Below the pieces are notes generated by a model. The model did no database searches. It had not been told where the DNA came from and saw nothing but the letters and a program-made list of their open reading frames with translations. This document shows positions 9,717 to 20,111 of a stretch of DNA of 38,161 bases, in pieces. Made by a program: the position numbers and the translations under genes. The number at the start of each line of letters is the position of its first letter. Within the stretch, counting starts at the first letter, position 1. This stretch comes from an uncultured Candidatus Saccharibacteria bacterium (GTDB lineage: Bacteria > Patescibacteriota > Saccharimonadia > Saccharimonadales > Saccharimonadaceae): contig CALHIA010000092.1 of assembly GCA_938030585.1 (NCBI GenBank), positions 1 to 38,161 of the forward strand, read 5' to 3'.

Positions 9717-10868
9717 CTATTCGGTAATACTACAAGAGAAACCCTGGAGATTTTGAGTAGTGAGAACATTATTGATCGAAAGGTCAAGTTTACCATCAGA
9801 GTCAGCGGTAGCAAAGCTTTGATTTTTGAAGTCGTCGGTCTTCTGGTAGGCTTCGAGGTCTTCCGATTTTACAGTGACCGAAAGAGAGATGATTTTACCA
9901 TCTAGGCCAGAGGTGATAGTCTTGTGATTTTCGGTCTTTTCGGTACGACCATTATTTTCCGTGAGTTGATTTTCAGAATCAATAGCTTGCTTGGCGGTTT
10001 TAGCAGCCTCGGTAGAACTAAATTCATAAACTGTACGGATTTCAATGCTAGATAAGGAATCGTGACTGTAAGTAAAAATCTTTGCGACTTCACCAGAAGC
10101 GGCATTATATTTAGTACGATTCTCTTCGGAAACTTTGGTAGCACATTCGAGAATTTGATTTTCATTAGCAACAACGGTATTTTGATTGTTGGCGCGAGAA
10201 GATTTTTTCGGCTGATTACTCAAGGCATTAACCAAGAAGATAGCACCAAAAATGACACAAATACCGGCAATGGCAATAATAGCAATCATCTTAGGATCGA
10301 GCTTAAGCGACTTTTTCTCAGGATTTTGCGCCTTAGTGACTTCTTCGTTTTTCTCTTTTTCGTAATCATGATAAGACACCGCACTGCCGATAGAACCGGG
10401 GACTGGATCGGCGGCCTTTAAAGGATTCTTCTCTTGATCTTCGAGAAATTTTTCGTGTTCAGTTTTTTCAGCATCTTCTGCTTGATCTTCTTTGGTAAAA
10501 TCGACGTCATCGGAAGTAGATTCCTTGGCGGCCTCAGCTTTGACTGCCTCGATATTTTCCGTGCCATCCAAATTCATCAGAGGTGAAAGTAGGGTATGGC
10601 TTGGAGTAGCAAGATTATCAGAATCTTTTGCGGCAGCCGAAGTAGTGGCAGTTTGATTCATGGAAGAAGCAAAATCAGCAGAGGGGGCGATAGTGACAGG
10701 TTGGTTAGAATCAGCAGGACTGGCGTCTAAATTACTTAGGTCAATCGCAGAGGATACCTCAGAAGCTTGATTCGAAGAATTGGCATTTTCGGTATGATTT
10801 TCCGTAGTGTAATTATTCAATTCTTCCATTAAATTGGCAAAGTCTTCGCTGCTGTCCGCTTGATTCAT
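9717..10868 (-). CDS. Hypothetical single-pass membrane protein
   Basis: Acidic low-complexity N-terminus, one TM, and a C-terminal domain bracketed by two Cys. AAGGA RBS. Confidence 0.8.
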   Translation of the reverse strand: MNQADSSEDFANLMEELNNYTTENHTENANSSNQASEVSSAIDLSNLDASPADSNQPVTIAPSADFASSMNQTATTSAAAKDSDNLATPSHTLLSPLMNLDGTENIEAVKAEAAKESTSDDVDFTKEDQAEDAEKTEHEKFLEDQEKNPLKAADPVPGSIGSAVSYHDYEKEKNEEVTKAQNPEKKSLKLDPKMIAIIAIAGICVIFGAIFLVNALSNQPKKSSRANNQNTVVANENQILECATKVSEENRTKYNAASGEVAKIFTYSHDSLSSIEIRTVYEFSSTEAAKTAKQAIDSENQLTENNGRTEKTENHKTITSGLDGKIISLSVTVKSEDLEAYQKTDDFKNQSFATADSDGKLDLSINNVLTTQNLQGFSCSITE

Positions 10869-10961
10869 GAAACATCCTTTTTATGTGATAACTCTTAAGT
10901 TTATTCTATCATAAATTAGCGTAAACTTTATCAGTAAAACACAATATGCTATAATAATAAG

Positions 10962-12008
10962 GTGAGTAGTGCTTTCAAAATAGCCAAGACTTATAAGACG
11001 CTATATATTTTTAGCGCTTTTTTGCTAGTTTTATCTGGATTAATCTTCGGATTCTCGAGAGTGCATTCAGCTTTTGCCGAGACTAAAGATCCAGATACTG
11101 AAGAAATTTCGGACATGCATTATGTGACGTTTTTTGCCGACAACAAAACTTTGACGATTAAAACCAATGCAAATACGGTCGAAGAGGCTTTGAAGCGCTC
11201 AAATATTGCTGTAGAAAATTATGACAAAGTCGAACCCGCTCGTGCAGAACGAATTAATTCTGATAATTATCGCATTAATATTTACCGCGCTAAACCTGTC
11301 ACGCTAAGTGATGGCCAAAAGACGGTATTTTTAATGACTGCAACTACGGATGAAAAAGCCCTTTTTAAGGAAGCCGGTTTCAATGTTTATGACGGTGATG
11401 TGGTAACTAAGGTTGCGGGACATGATATTCTAGAAGCTGGACTATCGACAAAATATCGCCTAACCCATACAGGTGGCCATGAAGTAACCGTGGAAGAAGA
11501 AATTCCTTATGAAGAAAAAACGGAAAACGACGCAAGTATGGCGACGGGCCAAACTAAGCTCGAAGTGATGGGCGAAGTGGGACGTAAGCAATCAGTTTAC
11601 AAGATTAATATGGTGAATAACGTAGAAGTTTCGCGTGAGCTAGTCTCGACTAATATTATTAAGCAACCAGTGGCTAGGGTGACCAAGGTGGGTAGCAAAA
11701 AATCGATTCCACCAGATTGGGAAACCTGCGCAAACTACGCCAGAAGTGCGGGCGTTTCAGAAAATGACCTTTACGTGGCTTTGACTTTAATTATGCGCGA
11801 ATCAGGATGTCGTTACGATGCATCAAATGCCGGATCAGGCGCTTATGGTATTCCACAGGCACTTCCAGGCTCGAAGATGGCTTCAGCTGGTAGCGACTGG
11901 AAGACCAATCCAGTGACTCAAATTCGTTGGATGATTGGCTACGTGACCGGACGCTACGGGGGTTGGAGTCAAGCTTGGGCTTTCTGGAGCAGTCACCACT
12001 GGTACTAG
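10962..12008 (+). CDS. YabE/RpfB-like cell-wall protein (DUF348, G5 and lytic transglycosylase-like domains)
   Basis: N-terminal TM, TVEEAL DUF348-like repeat, G5 (EEEIPY...GEVG...RVTKVG), and RESG...GAYGIPQALP transglycosylase motif. Position upstream of rsmA is the usual context. Confidence 0.88.
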   Translation: MSSAFKIAKTYKTLYIFSAFLLVLSGLIFGFSRVHSAFAETKDPDTEEISDMHYVTFFADNKTLTIKTNANTVEEALKRSNIAVENYDKVEPARAERINSDNYRINIYRAKPVTLSDGQKTVFLMTATTDEKALFKEAGFNVYDGDVVTKVAGHDILEAGLSTKYRLTHTGGHEVTVEEEIPYEEKTENDASMATGQTKLEVMGEVGRKQSVYKINMVNNVEVSRELVSTNIIKQPVARVTKVGSKKSIPPDWETCANYARSAGVSENDLYVALTLIMRESGCRYDASNAGSGAYGIPQALPGSKMASAGSDWKTNPVTQIRWMIGYVTGRYGGWSQAWAFWSSHHWY

Positions 12009-12017
12009 GAGAAAAAG

Positions 12018-12782
12018 ATGTTACAGAACAAAAAATCCTTAGGGCAGAACTGGCTAAAAGATCGTTTTACTTTGGAAGAAATTGCCGAAAGCGCGAGAAG
12101 TGAGGTGGATTTCTGCGTAGAAATCGGACCAGGCCTCGGTACACTAACAAGTTCCTTACTTAGGCGTTTTCCAAAAGTCGTGGCGATTGAGTTCGATGAG
12201 AAATTAGCCCACAACTTACCAAATTCCTTCCCTGGCAAAAATCTCGAAGTGATTAATACTGATGTTTTGGATTTTGATTTTGACCAACTTGATGGTGATT
12301 TTTCGGTGGTAGGAAATATTCCTTATTACATCACTAGCCCAATTATTCGAAAATTATTACTACTAGAAAAGAAGCCCGGCAAAATCGTACTTTTGATGCA
12401 AAAAGAAGTGGCGGATCGAATTCTCGAAGAAAAAGGTCGCTACTCGTTCCTAACTTTATTCGTGCAAAATTATGCGGAAGTTGAAGGGGGAATTTTCGTG
12501 GAACGCAAACTCTTTACTCCACCACCAAAGGTAGACTCGGCTTCGGTAATCTTTTACCCACGAGAAAAAGCTTTAGTTTCAGAAGAAGTTTTGAAATTCT
12601 TGAAGCAGTGCTTCGCAAATCCACGCAAAAAACTTCAAGGGATGTTACCACATTTTACCGGACGTAGTCGTGAAGAAATTATAAAGATCTTCGAAGAACT
12701 TGGGTTTGATTTAGATGCAAGGCCAGCTAATTTAGATTTATTAGAATACGAAAAATTATTAAATAAGATTAAAGAGAAATAA
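12018..12782 (+). CDS. rsmA: 16S rRNA m6,6A dimethyltransferase
   Basis: KKSLGQNWL, VEIGPGLGTLT, GNIPYYITSPI, QKEVA and PPPKVDSA motifs. Confidence 0.97.
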   Translation: MLQNKKSLGQNWLKDRFTLEEIAESARSEVDFCVEIGPGLGTLTSSLLRRFPKVVAIEFDEKLAHNLPNSFPGKNLEVINTDVLDFDFDQLDGDFSVVGNIPYYITSPIIRKLLLLEKKPGKIVLLMQKEVADRILEEKGRYSFLTLFVQNYAEVEGGIFVERKLFTPPPKVDSASVIFYPREKALVSEEVLKFLKQCFANPRKKLQGMLPHFTGRSREEIIKIFEELGFDLDARPANLDLLEYEKLLNKIKEK

Positions 12783-12792
12783 CCTCGGAAAG

Positions 12793-12821
12793 AAAAAATA
12801 ACCCCTAGTAGGGTTATTTTT
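12793..12821. terminator. Bidirectional intrinsic terminator
   Basis: aaaaataaccc-ctagta-gggttattttt between convergent rsmA and pcrA. Confidence 0.85.
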
Positions 12822-14982
12822 AAAAATCGAATCCCTCATCTTCATAAAAAATATCATCGTAGAAAGGGTCAAATTTTTTACTGGACTTTGGTTTTGACTG
12901 ATTGTAGCTAGAAGAACTACTAAATGCATCGGAAAAATCATCAAAATCATTATTGAATTTATGACTGCGATTGTCACCAAAGTTATTACCATAGCTACCA
13001 CCAAAACTATTATCAACGGATTCATTGAAAGGATCTGGTTGATAACCAAGCTCAGCCAGGAAGCGGGACGGCGTATTAAAATTAGACTTACCATGTAGAA
13101 ACCTCACAGCGGTAAAAGTGAGGAAGAGACGCTTTTTGGCGCGAGTCACACCGACATAGGCTAGACGACGCTCCTCTTCAATACTATCCTCATCGGAACT
13201 CATAGAGCTTGGGAAAAGACCTTCTTCCATACCAACGATGAAGACGACCGGAAATTCAAGACCTTTGGCCGCGTGAAGCGTCATAAGAGTGACAGAATTA
13301 TCACGAGTCGATTCATCAGAAGAAGACATCAGAGCGGAGTCGGCTAGGAAGTCTTCGAGAGTGTCAAAATCTTTAGTGTTACCGACGAGAGCATCGAGGT
13401 TTTCCTGGCGCTCGGTAGTGGCCGGTGTACCGTCATCGACAAGGTTAGCAAAATCAAAATAATTAATCACTTCAGTAATAATCTCTGAAGGATTGGCGGT
13501 GCAGTCGATAGTCTTGAGGAAATTTTGCAGACGCAAAAAACTATTTTTTGCCTTGCCAGTGAGAACTTGATCAGCCTCTAGGTCCGTTAACGCACCGTCT
13601 AGGCCGAGTGCGAGATAGATTTTTTCTAGACTTGCTGGGCCAATGCCAGAAATGACATTCTTGGTTACTCGCTCGAAGGAAACACGGTCGCGTGGATTAA
13701 GCACGAGCCTTAGAATAGCTAAAACGTCTTTAATTTCCTTACGATCGTAAAAGCGAATGCCGCCGATAATTTTATAGGGAATATCGCGCGAAATTAGGGC
13801 TTTTTCCATAGCAAAGCTCTGCGCGTTGGTACGATAAAGCACGGCAAAATCCGAGAAATTACTCACCTCATTTTTGGCATTAGCTAGGAGATTAATAATT
13901 TTTAGTGCCACAAAACTAGCTTCGGCCGATTCGTCATTGAGGGCCTGAATCTCTACCTTTTCCCCATCCCCAGATTCGGTAAATAACTCCTTGGAGCTTC
14001 TAGTTTTATTATGTTCAATAATTTGCTGACCGGCCCTTAGAATATTACCAGTACTGCGATAATTTTGTTCGAGCTTGATGACTTTGGCGCCCGGAAAATC
14101 AGCCTCAAAGTGCAAGATATTACGGAAATCGGCGCCACGCCAAGAGTAAATTGATTGCCAGTCGTCGCCGACCACACAAATATTTTGTTCAGGACTGGTG
14201 AGAAGTTTAATCAAACGATATTGGACATGGTTAGTATCCTGATACTCGTCAATCAAAATATGACGGAAGCGAGTCTGCCATTTTTGATGCACGGCTGGAT
14301 TGGTCTCAAAAAGTTCCACAGTCTTCAAAAGTAAATCGTCAAAGTCAAGGGCGGAAGCAGCAGCCTTCAATTTTTCGTATTCAAAGAAAACTTTGGCAAT
14401 ATTCTTTTGCTGAGGGTAACTGGCGGAAGCCTCGTATTCTTCCGGCATAACACCAGCATTTTTCGAACTCGATATAGTACTTTGAATAGTTTTCGGACGG
14501 AGATTTTTATCCTCAAAACGGAGATTTTTAATAGCACGTTTAATCAGAGCTTCCTGATCGGAAGTATCGTAGATAAGAAAGTTACGATCAAGGTGGAGAT
14601 TCTCAGCTTCCATGCGGAGAATTTTGACACAGATACCGTGAAAAGTCCCCATGAATGGCATAAAATTACGCGGTACTTCCGTGGCGGAAAAAAGGTCCGA
14701 GGTGAAGAAGGATTTTAAATTATCGGGATATTGATCAGTTGCTTTTGAAGCTTGTTTCAAGAGATGAAAAAGGCGTTCGCGCATTTCCCTGGCGGCTTTA
14801 TTAGTAAAAGTGACAGCGAGGATTTGTGAAGGCAAAATCCCATGAGTGATCAGATTAGCGATACGATGCGTGAGAGTTTTAGTTTTACCAGAACCGGCAC
14901 CAGCCAAAATCAAGAGCGGTCCAGAAAGGGTTTCGACAGCGTCAGCTTGGGCGGGATTTAACTCAGCAGTAAAAAGATTCAT
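12820..14982 (-). CDS. pcrA: UvrD/PcrA-family DNA helicase
   Basis: AGAGSGKT, TFTNKAA, DEYQD, GDDWQSIYSWRGA, LEQNYRS, TLHAAKGLEF and EERRLAYVGVTRA motifs. Acidic F/D-rich tail. Confidence 0.95.
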   Translation of the reverse strand: MNLFTAELNPAQADAVETLSGPLLILAGAGSGKTKTLTHRIANLITHGILPSQILAVTFTNKAAREMRERLFHLLKQASKATDQYPDNLKSFFTSDLFSATEVPRNFMPFMGTFHGICVKILRMEAENLHLDRNFLIYDTSDQEALIKRAIKNLRFEDKNLRPKTIQSTISSSKNAGVMPEEYEASASYPQQKNIAKVFFEYEKLKAAASALDFDDLLLKTVELFETNPAVHQKWQTRFRHILIDEYQDTNHVQYRLIKLLTSPEQNICVVGDDWQSIYSWRGADFRNILHFEADFPGAKVIKLEQNYRSTGNILRAGQQIIEHNKTRSSKELFTESGDGEKVEIQALNDESAEASFVALKIINLLANAKNEVSNFSDFAVLYRTNAQSFAMEKALISRDIPYKIIGGIRFYDRKEIKDVLAILRLVLNPRDRVSFERVTKNVISGIGPASLEKIYLALGLDGALTDLEADQVLTGKAKNSFLRLQNFLKTIDCTANPSEIITEVINYFDFANLVDDGTPATTERQENLDALVGNTKDFDTLEDFLADSALMSSSDESTRDNSVTLMTLHAAKGLEFPVVFIVGMEEGLFPSSMSSDEDSIEEERRLAYVGVTRAKKRLFLTFTAVRFLHGKSNFNTPSRFLAELGYQPDPFNESVDNSFGGSYGNNFGDNRSHKFNNDFDDFSDAFSSSSSYNQSKPKSSKKFDPFYDDIFYEDEGFDF

Positions 14983-14996
14983 AGATTAATTATACG

Positions 14997-15818
14997 CTAC
15001 TTAATGACAAATATCTGCTGAATCATTTGCTGACAGATAGGCATAGAGGCGAGATAACCGGCGAGAAAAAGTAATAACGTGGTGGTAAAAATAAAAATGC
15101 GCCATCCCATTAGGTCGTAGAGGAAATAATTTAGCACAATTAGGGCAAGGAGGCTAATCAAGATAATCAGGGTGAGAATATCCATGTATTTCTTGGTAAT
15201 TGCAAAATTTTGTTTTATCTCATGGATGGTATCGTGCATGGTGAGTTGACCCAAGTAAACCTGCACAATGTAATGCGTAGTGGCATTTAGTACGGCAGGA
15301 TTAATCGATTGACCGGATTCCGCAAGAAAATGGTCAATCTTGGCAGAAAAATTATTCATCAAAGTTTGTTCGAGATCAATATTACTTGGAATTTGATAGA
15401 TATTATCGATGATGAGGTTCTGATATTTTTGATATTCCTCTGGCAAAATCAGCTGGCCGAGAATTTTCGGAAAATTATTTTGCAAAGTCTGGAGATTATA
15501 CATCACTTCGCCCGGCATGATCTGGTTATCTGGAAGGTTTTGCGCAAAATTAACAATCTCCGAATTCATAGTGTTAGTAAATTCTTGAGTGCCGGTGCCA
15601 TAAAAGCGGTCGATGATAGCGGATTTAGTTTGAGAAACCTTAATGGCGTAATAGGTGGGATTTTCGCTAAAATTTTTTTTCACAAAATTCGCATTCATGA
15701 AGGTCTGATTAGCTTGACTAATAAAACCAGCGAGGAGAGCCACGACAAATAAGAAAATCAGCGCCAAAAGATGACGAACTTTGAAACGCTTGAAATTTTG
15801 CTGAATATTATTAAGCAT
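14997..15818 (-). CDS. Hypothetical membrane protein
   Basis: 273-aa ORF with an N-terminal TM and two C-terminal TMs. TGCTATAAT lies 7 nt before the ATG. Confidence 0.75.
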   Translation of the reverse strand: MLNNIQQNFKRFKVRHLLALIFLFVVALLAGFISQANQTFMNANFVKKNFSENPTYYAIKVSQTKSAIIDRFYGTGTQEFTNTMNSEIVNFAQNLPDNQIMPGEVMYNLQTLQNNFPKILGQLILPEEYQKYQNLIIDNIYQIPSNIDLEQTLMNNFSAKIDHFLAESGQSINPAVLNATTHYIVQVYLGQLTMHDTIHEIKQNFAITKKYMDILTLIILISLLALIVLNYFLYDLMGWRIFIFTTTLLLFLAGYLASMPICQQMIQQIFVIK

Positions 15819-15833
15819 TACCTTTATTATAGC

Positions 15834-15869
15834 AAAGAAATATCAGGCCCCGTGAGACCCGATACTTTT
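15834..15869 (-). terminator. Intrinsic terminator after murA
   Basis: Minus strand tatcgggtctc...gggcctgata followed by tttcttt. Confidence 0.7.
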
Positions 15870-15920
15870 AGACTACAATGGGACTGGTATTTTTAGCTAA
15901 GAAAACTATCTCGCTAAGGA

Positions 15921-17468
15921 TTAGATTCCAACTAACGGTTTAACATCGGCGCCTAGGTGATTGAGCCGACGAGCAAAATCTTGATAACCTCGATTGATCG
16001 AATAGACATTACGCAAAATAGAAACGCCAGGGGCGGCCAACATACCGAGCAGGAGTACCACGGATGGGCGGAGGGCTGGAGGCGAAACTAATTCAGCAGC
16101 ACGCCAGTTGGTCGGGCCAGAGACATAAAAGCGATGAGCATCAAGTAATTCAACCTTGGCATTTAGATTAGTCAGATAAGTGGAGTAAATTGCACGGTTT
16201 TCAAAAACCCAGTCATGAATCAAAGTGCGACCTTCGGCCATGGCGGCAATGACGGTAAAGAATGGTAGATTATCAATATTGAGACCCGGGAAAGGCATCG
16301 GGTGAATTTTGTCAGCCGGAGCAATGAGGTTGGATTTTAAAATATGTAAATCGACTAGACGAGTGCGACCATTATAAGAGAAGTATTCTTCGGAACGTTC
16401 AATTTTCGCGTGCATGGAGCGTAAAACCTCGAGCTCAATTTCCAAAAATTCAATCGGAGCACGCGTAATGGTAATTTCAGATTTAGTGACCAAGCCAGCA
16501 GCCAAAAAAGACATCGCCTCAATCGGATCTTCGCTTGGAAAATATTCCACGTCTTTATCAATACATTTTTGGCCGTGAACCACGAGTGTAGTGGTGCCAA
16601 TTCCCTCGATTTTTACTCCGAGATCCTGCAGGAAGAAACAAACATCTTGCACCATGTAATTCGGTGAAGCACCCACAATCGTAGTTTTTCCCGGATAGAG
16701 TGCGGCTGCCATGAGAATATTTTCTGTCACCGTGTCACCACGCTCAATAAGCACGATACGCTTACCGGATTCGTCATGAAGAATTTTTTGATCCACCTTA
16801 GCCTCATAAAAACCGGTGCGAGTGGTGGCATCCACATTTAAGCCAAAAACCGAGAGTGCACGCAGGTGTGGTTCAACGGTACGGGTGCCGAGAGAACAGC
16901 CACCAGCATAAGGTAGGGCAAATTCTTGATAAAAATGCAGAAGTGGACCCATCAACATGAGGACCGAGCGAGTCTTACGAGCAGCATCGAGGTTCATTTC
17001 ATCGAGTTTAATTTCACGAGGTGGGGTGATTTCTAAATCTTTTTGACGATTCACCCAACGACACTTCACGCCGATCGACTCGAGAACTTCAATAATACGA
17101 AAAACCTCTTCGATACGGGCGAGTTTTCTTAGTGTGGTGCGACCATGGTTAAGAAGCGCAGCGCAAAGGAGTGCCACCCCGGCATTCTTAGAAGAATTAA
17201 CCGTAATCGAACCACTGAGAGTTTTGCCACCATTAATACGATAAGATTGAAAAGAAGAGTCACTGACGGCTAAAATTTGATGACCGAGTGCAGAGGAAAT
17301 TTTCTTAATCATTTCGAGAGAAGTATTTTGATCACCCTTTTCGATGCGATGAACGGCGGACTGAGAGGTACCGATCATCTTCGCGAGTTTACCTTGAGTG
17401 ATGCCTTTTTCACGGCGAAGATTGGTAATAATAGCGCCGATTTCTTCTTGATAAGTTTTTTGTTTCAT
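15921..17468 (-). CDS. murA: UDP-N-acetylglucosamine 1-carboxyvinyltransferase with N-terminal XRE-type HTH domain
   Basis: LRREKGITQGKLAKMIGTSQSAVHRIEKG HTH, then SKNA, GGCSLGTR (catalytic Cys), TENI, PFPG and FENR motifs. Confidence 0.93.
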   Translation of the reverse strand: MKQKTYQEEIGAIITNLRREKGITQGKLAKMIGTSQSAVHRIEKGDQNTSLEMIKKISSALGHQILAVSDSSFQSYRINGGKTLSGSITVNSSKNAGVALLCAALLNHGRTTLRKLARIEEVFRIIEVLESIGVKCRWVNRQKDLEITPPREIKLDEMNLDAARKTRSVLMLMGPLLHFYQEFALPYAGGCSLGTRTVEPHLRALSVFGLNVDATTRTGFYEAKVDQKILHDESGKRIVLIERGDTVTENILMAAALYPGKTTIVGASPNYMVQDVCFFLQDLGVKIEGIGTTTLVVHGQKCIDKDVEYFPSEDPIEAMSFLAAGLVTKSEITITRAPIEFLEIELEVLRSMHAKIERSEEYFSYNGRTRLVDLHILKSNLIAPADKIHPMPFPGLNIDNLPFFTVIAAMAEGRTLIHDWVFENRAIYSTYLTNLNAKVELLDAHRFYVSGPTNWRAAELVSPPALRPSVVLLLGMLAAPGVSILRNVYSINRGYQDFARRLNHLGADVKPLVGI

Positions 17469-17495
17469 AAGAACCTTTCCTAATAAACCATAAAT

Positions 17496-17517
17496 ATTAT
17501 ATCATGGATGGTATATT
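17496..17517 (-). promoter_or_regulatory. murA extended -10 promoter overlapped by an inverted repeat (candidate operator)
   Basis: TGATATAAT at 17504-17496 on the minus strand. Inverted repeat tatatcat-gg-atggtata at 17498-17515 (7/8 match). Confidence 0.55.
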
Positions 17518-17520
17518 TTT

Positions 17521-17553
17521 AAAATAAAATAAGACCCCTGGATAAGGGTCTTA
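17521..17553 (-). terminator. Intrinsic terminator after galU
   Basis: taagaccc...gggtctta stem followed by a T-run on the minus strand. Confidence 0.8.
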
Positions 17554-17574
17554 CTTAGAGAAATCTTTCAGGTT

Positions 17575-18420
17575 TTAGGCTTCTTTAACGCCACAAACAA
17601 CATTATTAGCGTGCACCCAGCCTTCGACAGATCCCCCATCGAGATATTGACCAGAGGTGGAAGCGACGCGCATGGTTTGGCCTTGCTTAATGTAGTCATA
17701 AATTGGGTCGGTGATCATGTATTCCTGATCAGTTGGACCAAAATCGTGCTCATTGACGTAGGCGACAATTTTCTGCAAGAGATCCGCAGAAAGAATATAT
17801 TTACTGACGTTGATTAGATTAGATGGGGCTTCTTCAACTGATGGTTTTTCCACCACATTCGTGAGCTTACCATCTTGAACCTCGAGCACACCATATTTAT
17901 CGACTTTTTCCTTAGGGATTTCGACTCCTAAAATAGCCGAGTCGGTTTCAGATTGAAGAGAATTAATCAGAGAAGTGGCAGCAGATTCGCCTTCTGGATT
18001 CCAAATAAAGTCATCACCCATATAAACAATCACAGGTTCGTTAAGATTATATTCTTCAGCAGCCATAGCGACAGGGACGGCAGTACCATATTTACTATTG
18101 GCGTCCTGAGCGATGTAATGAATTTTAACGTGCTCTGGAAGAGTCTTGGTGAGAGCGACGCGATCAGCCTTACCGCGAGAAATTAAATAATCATTCAGTA
18201 CAATATTATCCGAGTAGAATTCACGAACTTGGCAAGGTTCAGTATTGCTGACTACCATATAGATATCAGTAACACCTGCTTCAATGAGTTCTTGCACAGA
18301 GTAGTCGACGAGTGGGCGATTGCCAACTGGTAACATGGATTTTTCAATAACTTTAGTAATCGGTAGACGACGGGTACCCCATCCGGCCACAGGAATAATG
18401 GCTTTGGTAATTTTCTGCAT
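17575..18420 (-). CDS. galU: UTP-glucose-1-phosphate uridylyltransferase-like sugar-phosphate nucleotidyltransferase
   Basis: KAIIPVAGWGTRRLPITK...KSMLP, GDD, VEKP and YLDGG motifs. Confidence 0.85.
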   Translation of the reverse strand: MQKITKAIIPVAGWGTRRLPITKVIEKSMLPVGNRPLVDYSVQELIEAGVTDIYMVVSNTEPCQVREFYSDNIVLNDYLISRGKADRVALTKTLPEHVKIHYIAQDANSKYGTAVPVAMAAEEYNLNEPVIVYMGDDFIWNPEGESAATSLINSLQSETDSAILGVEIPKEKVDKYGVLEVQDGKLTNVVEKPSVEEAPSNLINVSKYILSADLLQKIVAYVNEHDFGPTDQEYMITDPIYDYIKQGQTMRVASTSGQYLDGGSVEGWVHANNVVCGVKEA

Positions 18421-18474
18421 TTTTTCTCCTTTTCTGAATTATACCATACTTTACTCAGTGGCAACTTCTGGTGG

Positions 18475-20088
18475 CTATTTTAGCTCAATCAAAGAGTCAC
18501 GCCAATGTTCGGAATGTTCGCTAATCAAGAGGTCAGCGACGGTGGCCGCGATATTAGTTAGGCCGGCGTCAGGCAAGTTTTTTAACTGATAATGTCGGCT
18601 AAACTCGGTATTATCATAAAAGTAACAAGGGACGAGGTTAGTGGTATGTGAAGTTTTAGCCTGATGAGTAGTGGTATCAAAAAGCTCTTCCGCATTACCG
18701 TGATCGGCGGTAATTAACATCATGCCGCCTAGCTCATCAACCTTTTTGGCGAGGCGCTGAAGTTGTAGGTCCATCGCTTCCATAGCAACCACGGTTGGTT
18801 CGAGCTCGCCAAAATGCCCCACCATATCGCCGCCGGCAAAATTAATTCGGACAAAATCAAATTCAGACATTTTCTCAAGCACAGCGTCGGTAATTTCCGC
18901 GGATTTCATCCAAGGACGTTCGTTATAAGGGCGCGTATCGGATTTAATTTCAAGAAATTCTTCACCAGTGAGGGGCTCATAACTATTGCCATTAAAATAA
19001 TAGGTAATATGGCCGAACTTGGCGGTTTCGGAACAGGCTAGCTGAGTAAGATTTTTGGCTGCCAAATATTCATGCAGGGTGTGTTTGATTTCAACCGGCT
19101 CGACTAAGGTGTGCTCTGGAAAATGGTGATCGACATCATATTCGGTGAGACTAGCGAAATAGACTGGTAGTTTCTGATTCTGTTCGGTACCACGATCAAA
19201 ACCTTGAAAATCGTCGAGACAAAAGGCCTCAGTAATTTCAAGGGCACGGTCGGCCCGAAAATCAAAGTAGACAAAACTATCGTGTGGCTGGACTAGGCCA
19301 ATCGGATGTTTCGCCTCGTCCACCACGACAAAAGCCGGAAGGTATTGGTCCTGCAGACTCTGGCCAGTTTCACGAAAATGCTGAATTGCTGCATCGGCAG
19401 AGTTAAAATAATGCTCAGCCTGCCCATAGACTAAGGCCTGCCAACCACGTTCGACTATGGTCCAATCGGTTTGATAACGGTCAGCAATGAAGACCATGCG
19501 ACCGCCACCAGAGGCAATTTGGATATCAACGTCAATTTCATTTTTAATTTCTGATACAGCTTGGTTGAACATGGTGAGATATTTTTCAGCCGACTGTGGC
19601 GCCACATCACGACCATCGAAGACGGCATGCACGCGCATAGTTTTGACGCCTGATTCGGCGGCGTGTCTTAACATGGCAAAAAGATGAGAAAGCTCACTAT
19701 GCACCCCACCATCAGAGAAAATCCCGGAAAAATGTAGGGTGGACTGGTGGGTTTTAAGATTTTCGATAATCCCCTGCCAGGCCTGAGATTGCCAGATTTC
19801 TCCAGTGGCAAAAGCTTGGTTGATTTTAGCGATACCCTGCTTAATAATTTGGCCACTACCGAGAGCGTTATGACCAACTTCAGAATTCCCCATTTGACCA
19901 GCCAAAATACCCACCGCCTCACCGGAAGCTTGGAGGGATAATTTTGGATAATTTAGATCTAATTGATGGAGAAATTCAGTGTAAGCTAAGGCTACAGCAT
20001 TACCTTCGATTTCCTGACGAATCCCCACGCCATCCATCACCACAAGGACGACCGGACCGCTATAATTTTTCTTTGATTTTGTTTGCAT
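18475..20088 (-). CDS. gpmI: 2,3-bisphosphoglycerate-independent phosphoglycerate mutase
   Basis: MGNSEVGH, SDGGVHS, DGRD, FRADRA, DMVGH and ADHGNAE motifs. Confidence 0.96.
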   Translation of the reverse strand: MQTKSKKNYSGPVVLVVMDGVGIRQEIEGNAVALAYTEFLHQLDLNYPKLSLQASGEAVGILAGQMGNSEVGHNALGSGQIIKQGIAKINQAFATGEIWQSQAWQGIIENLKTHQSTLHFSGIFSDGGVHSELSHLFAMLRHAAESGVKTMRVHAVFDGRDVAPQSAEKYLTMFNQAVSEIKNEIDVDIQIASGGGRMVFIADRYQTDWTIVERGWQALVYGQAEHYFNSADAAIQHFRETGQSLQDQYLPAFVVVDEAKHPIGLVQPHDSFVYFDFRADRALEITEAFCLDDFQGFDRGTEQNQKLPVYFASLTEYDVDHHFPEHTLVEPVEIKHTLHEYLAAKNLTQLACSETAKFGHITYYFNGNSYEPLTGEEFLEIKSDTRPYNERPWMKSAEITDAVLEKMSEFDFVRINFAGGDMVGHFGELEPTVVAMEAMDLQLQRLAKKVDELGGMMLITADHGNAEELFDTTTHQAKTSHTTNLVPCYFYDNTEFSRHYQLKNLPDAGLTNIAATVADLLISEHSEHWRDSLIELK

Positions 20089-20111
20089 GACTCACCCTTT
20101 TTAATTTTTAA

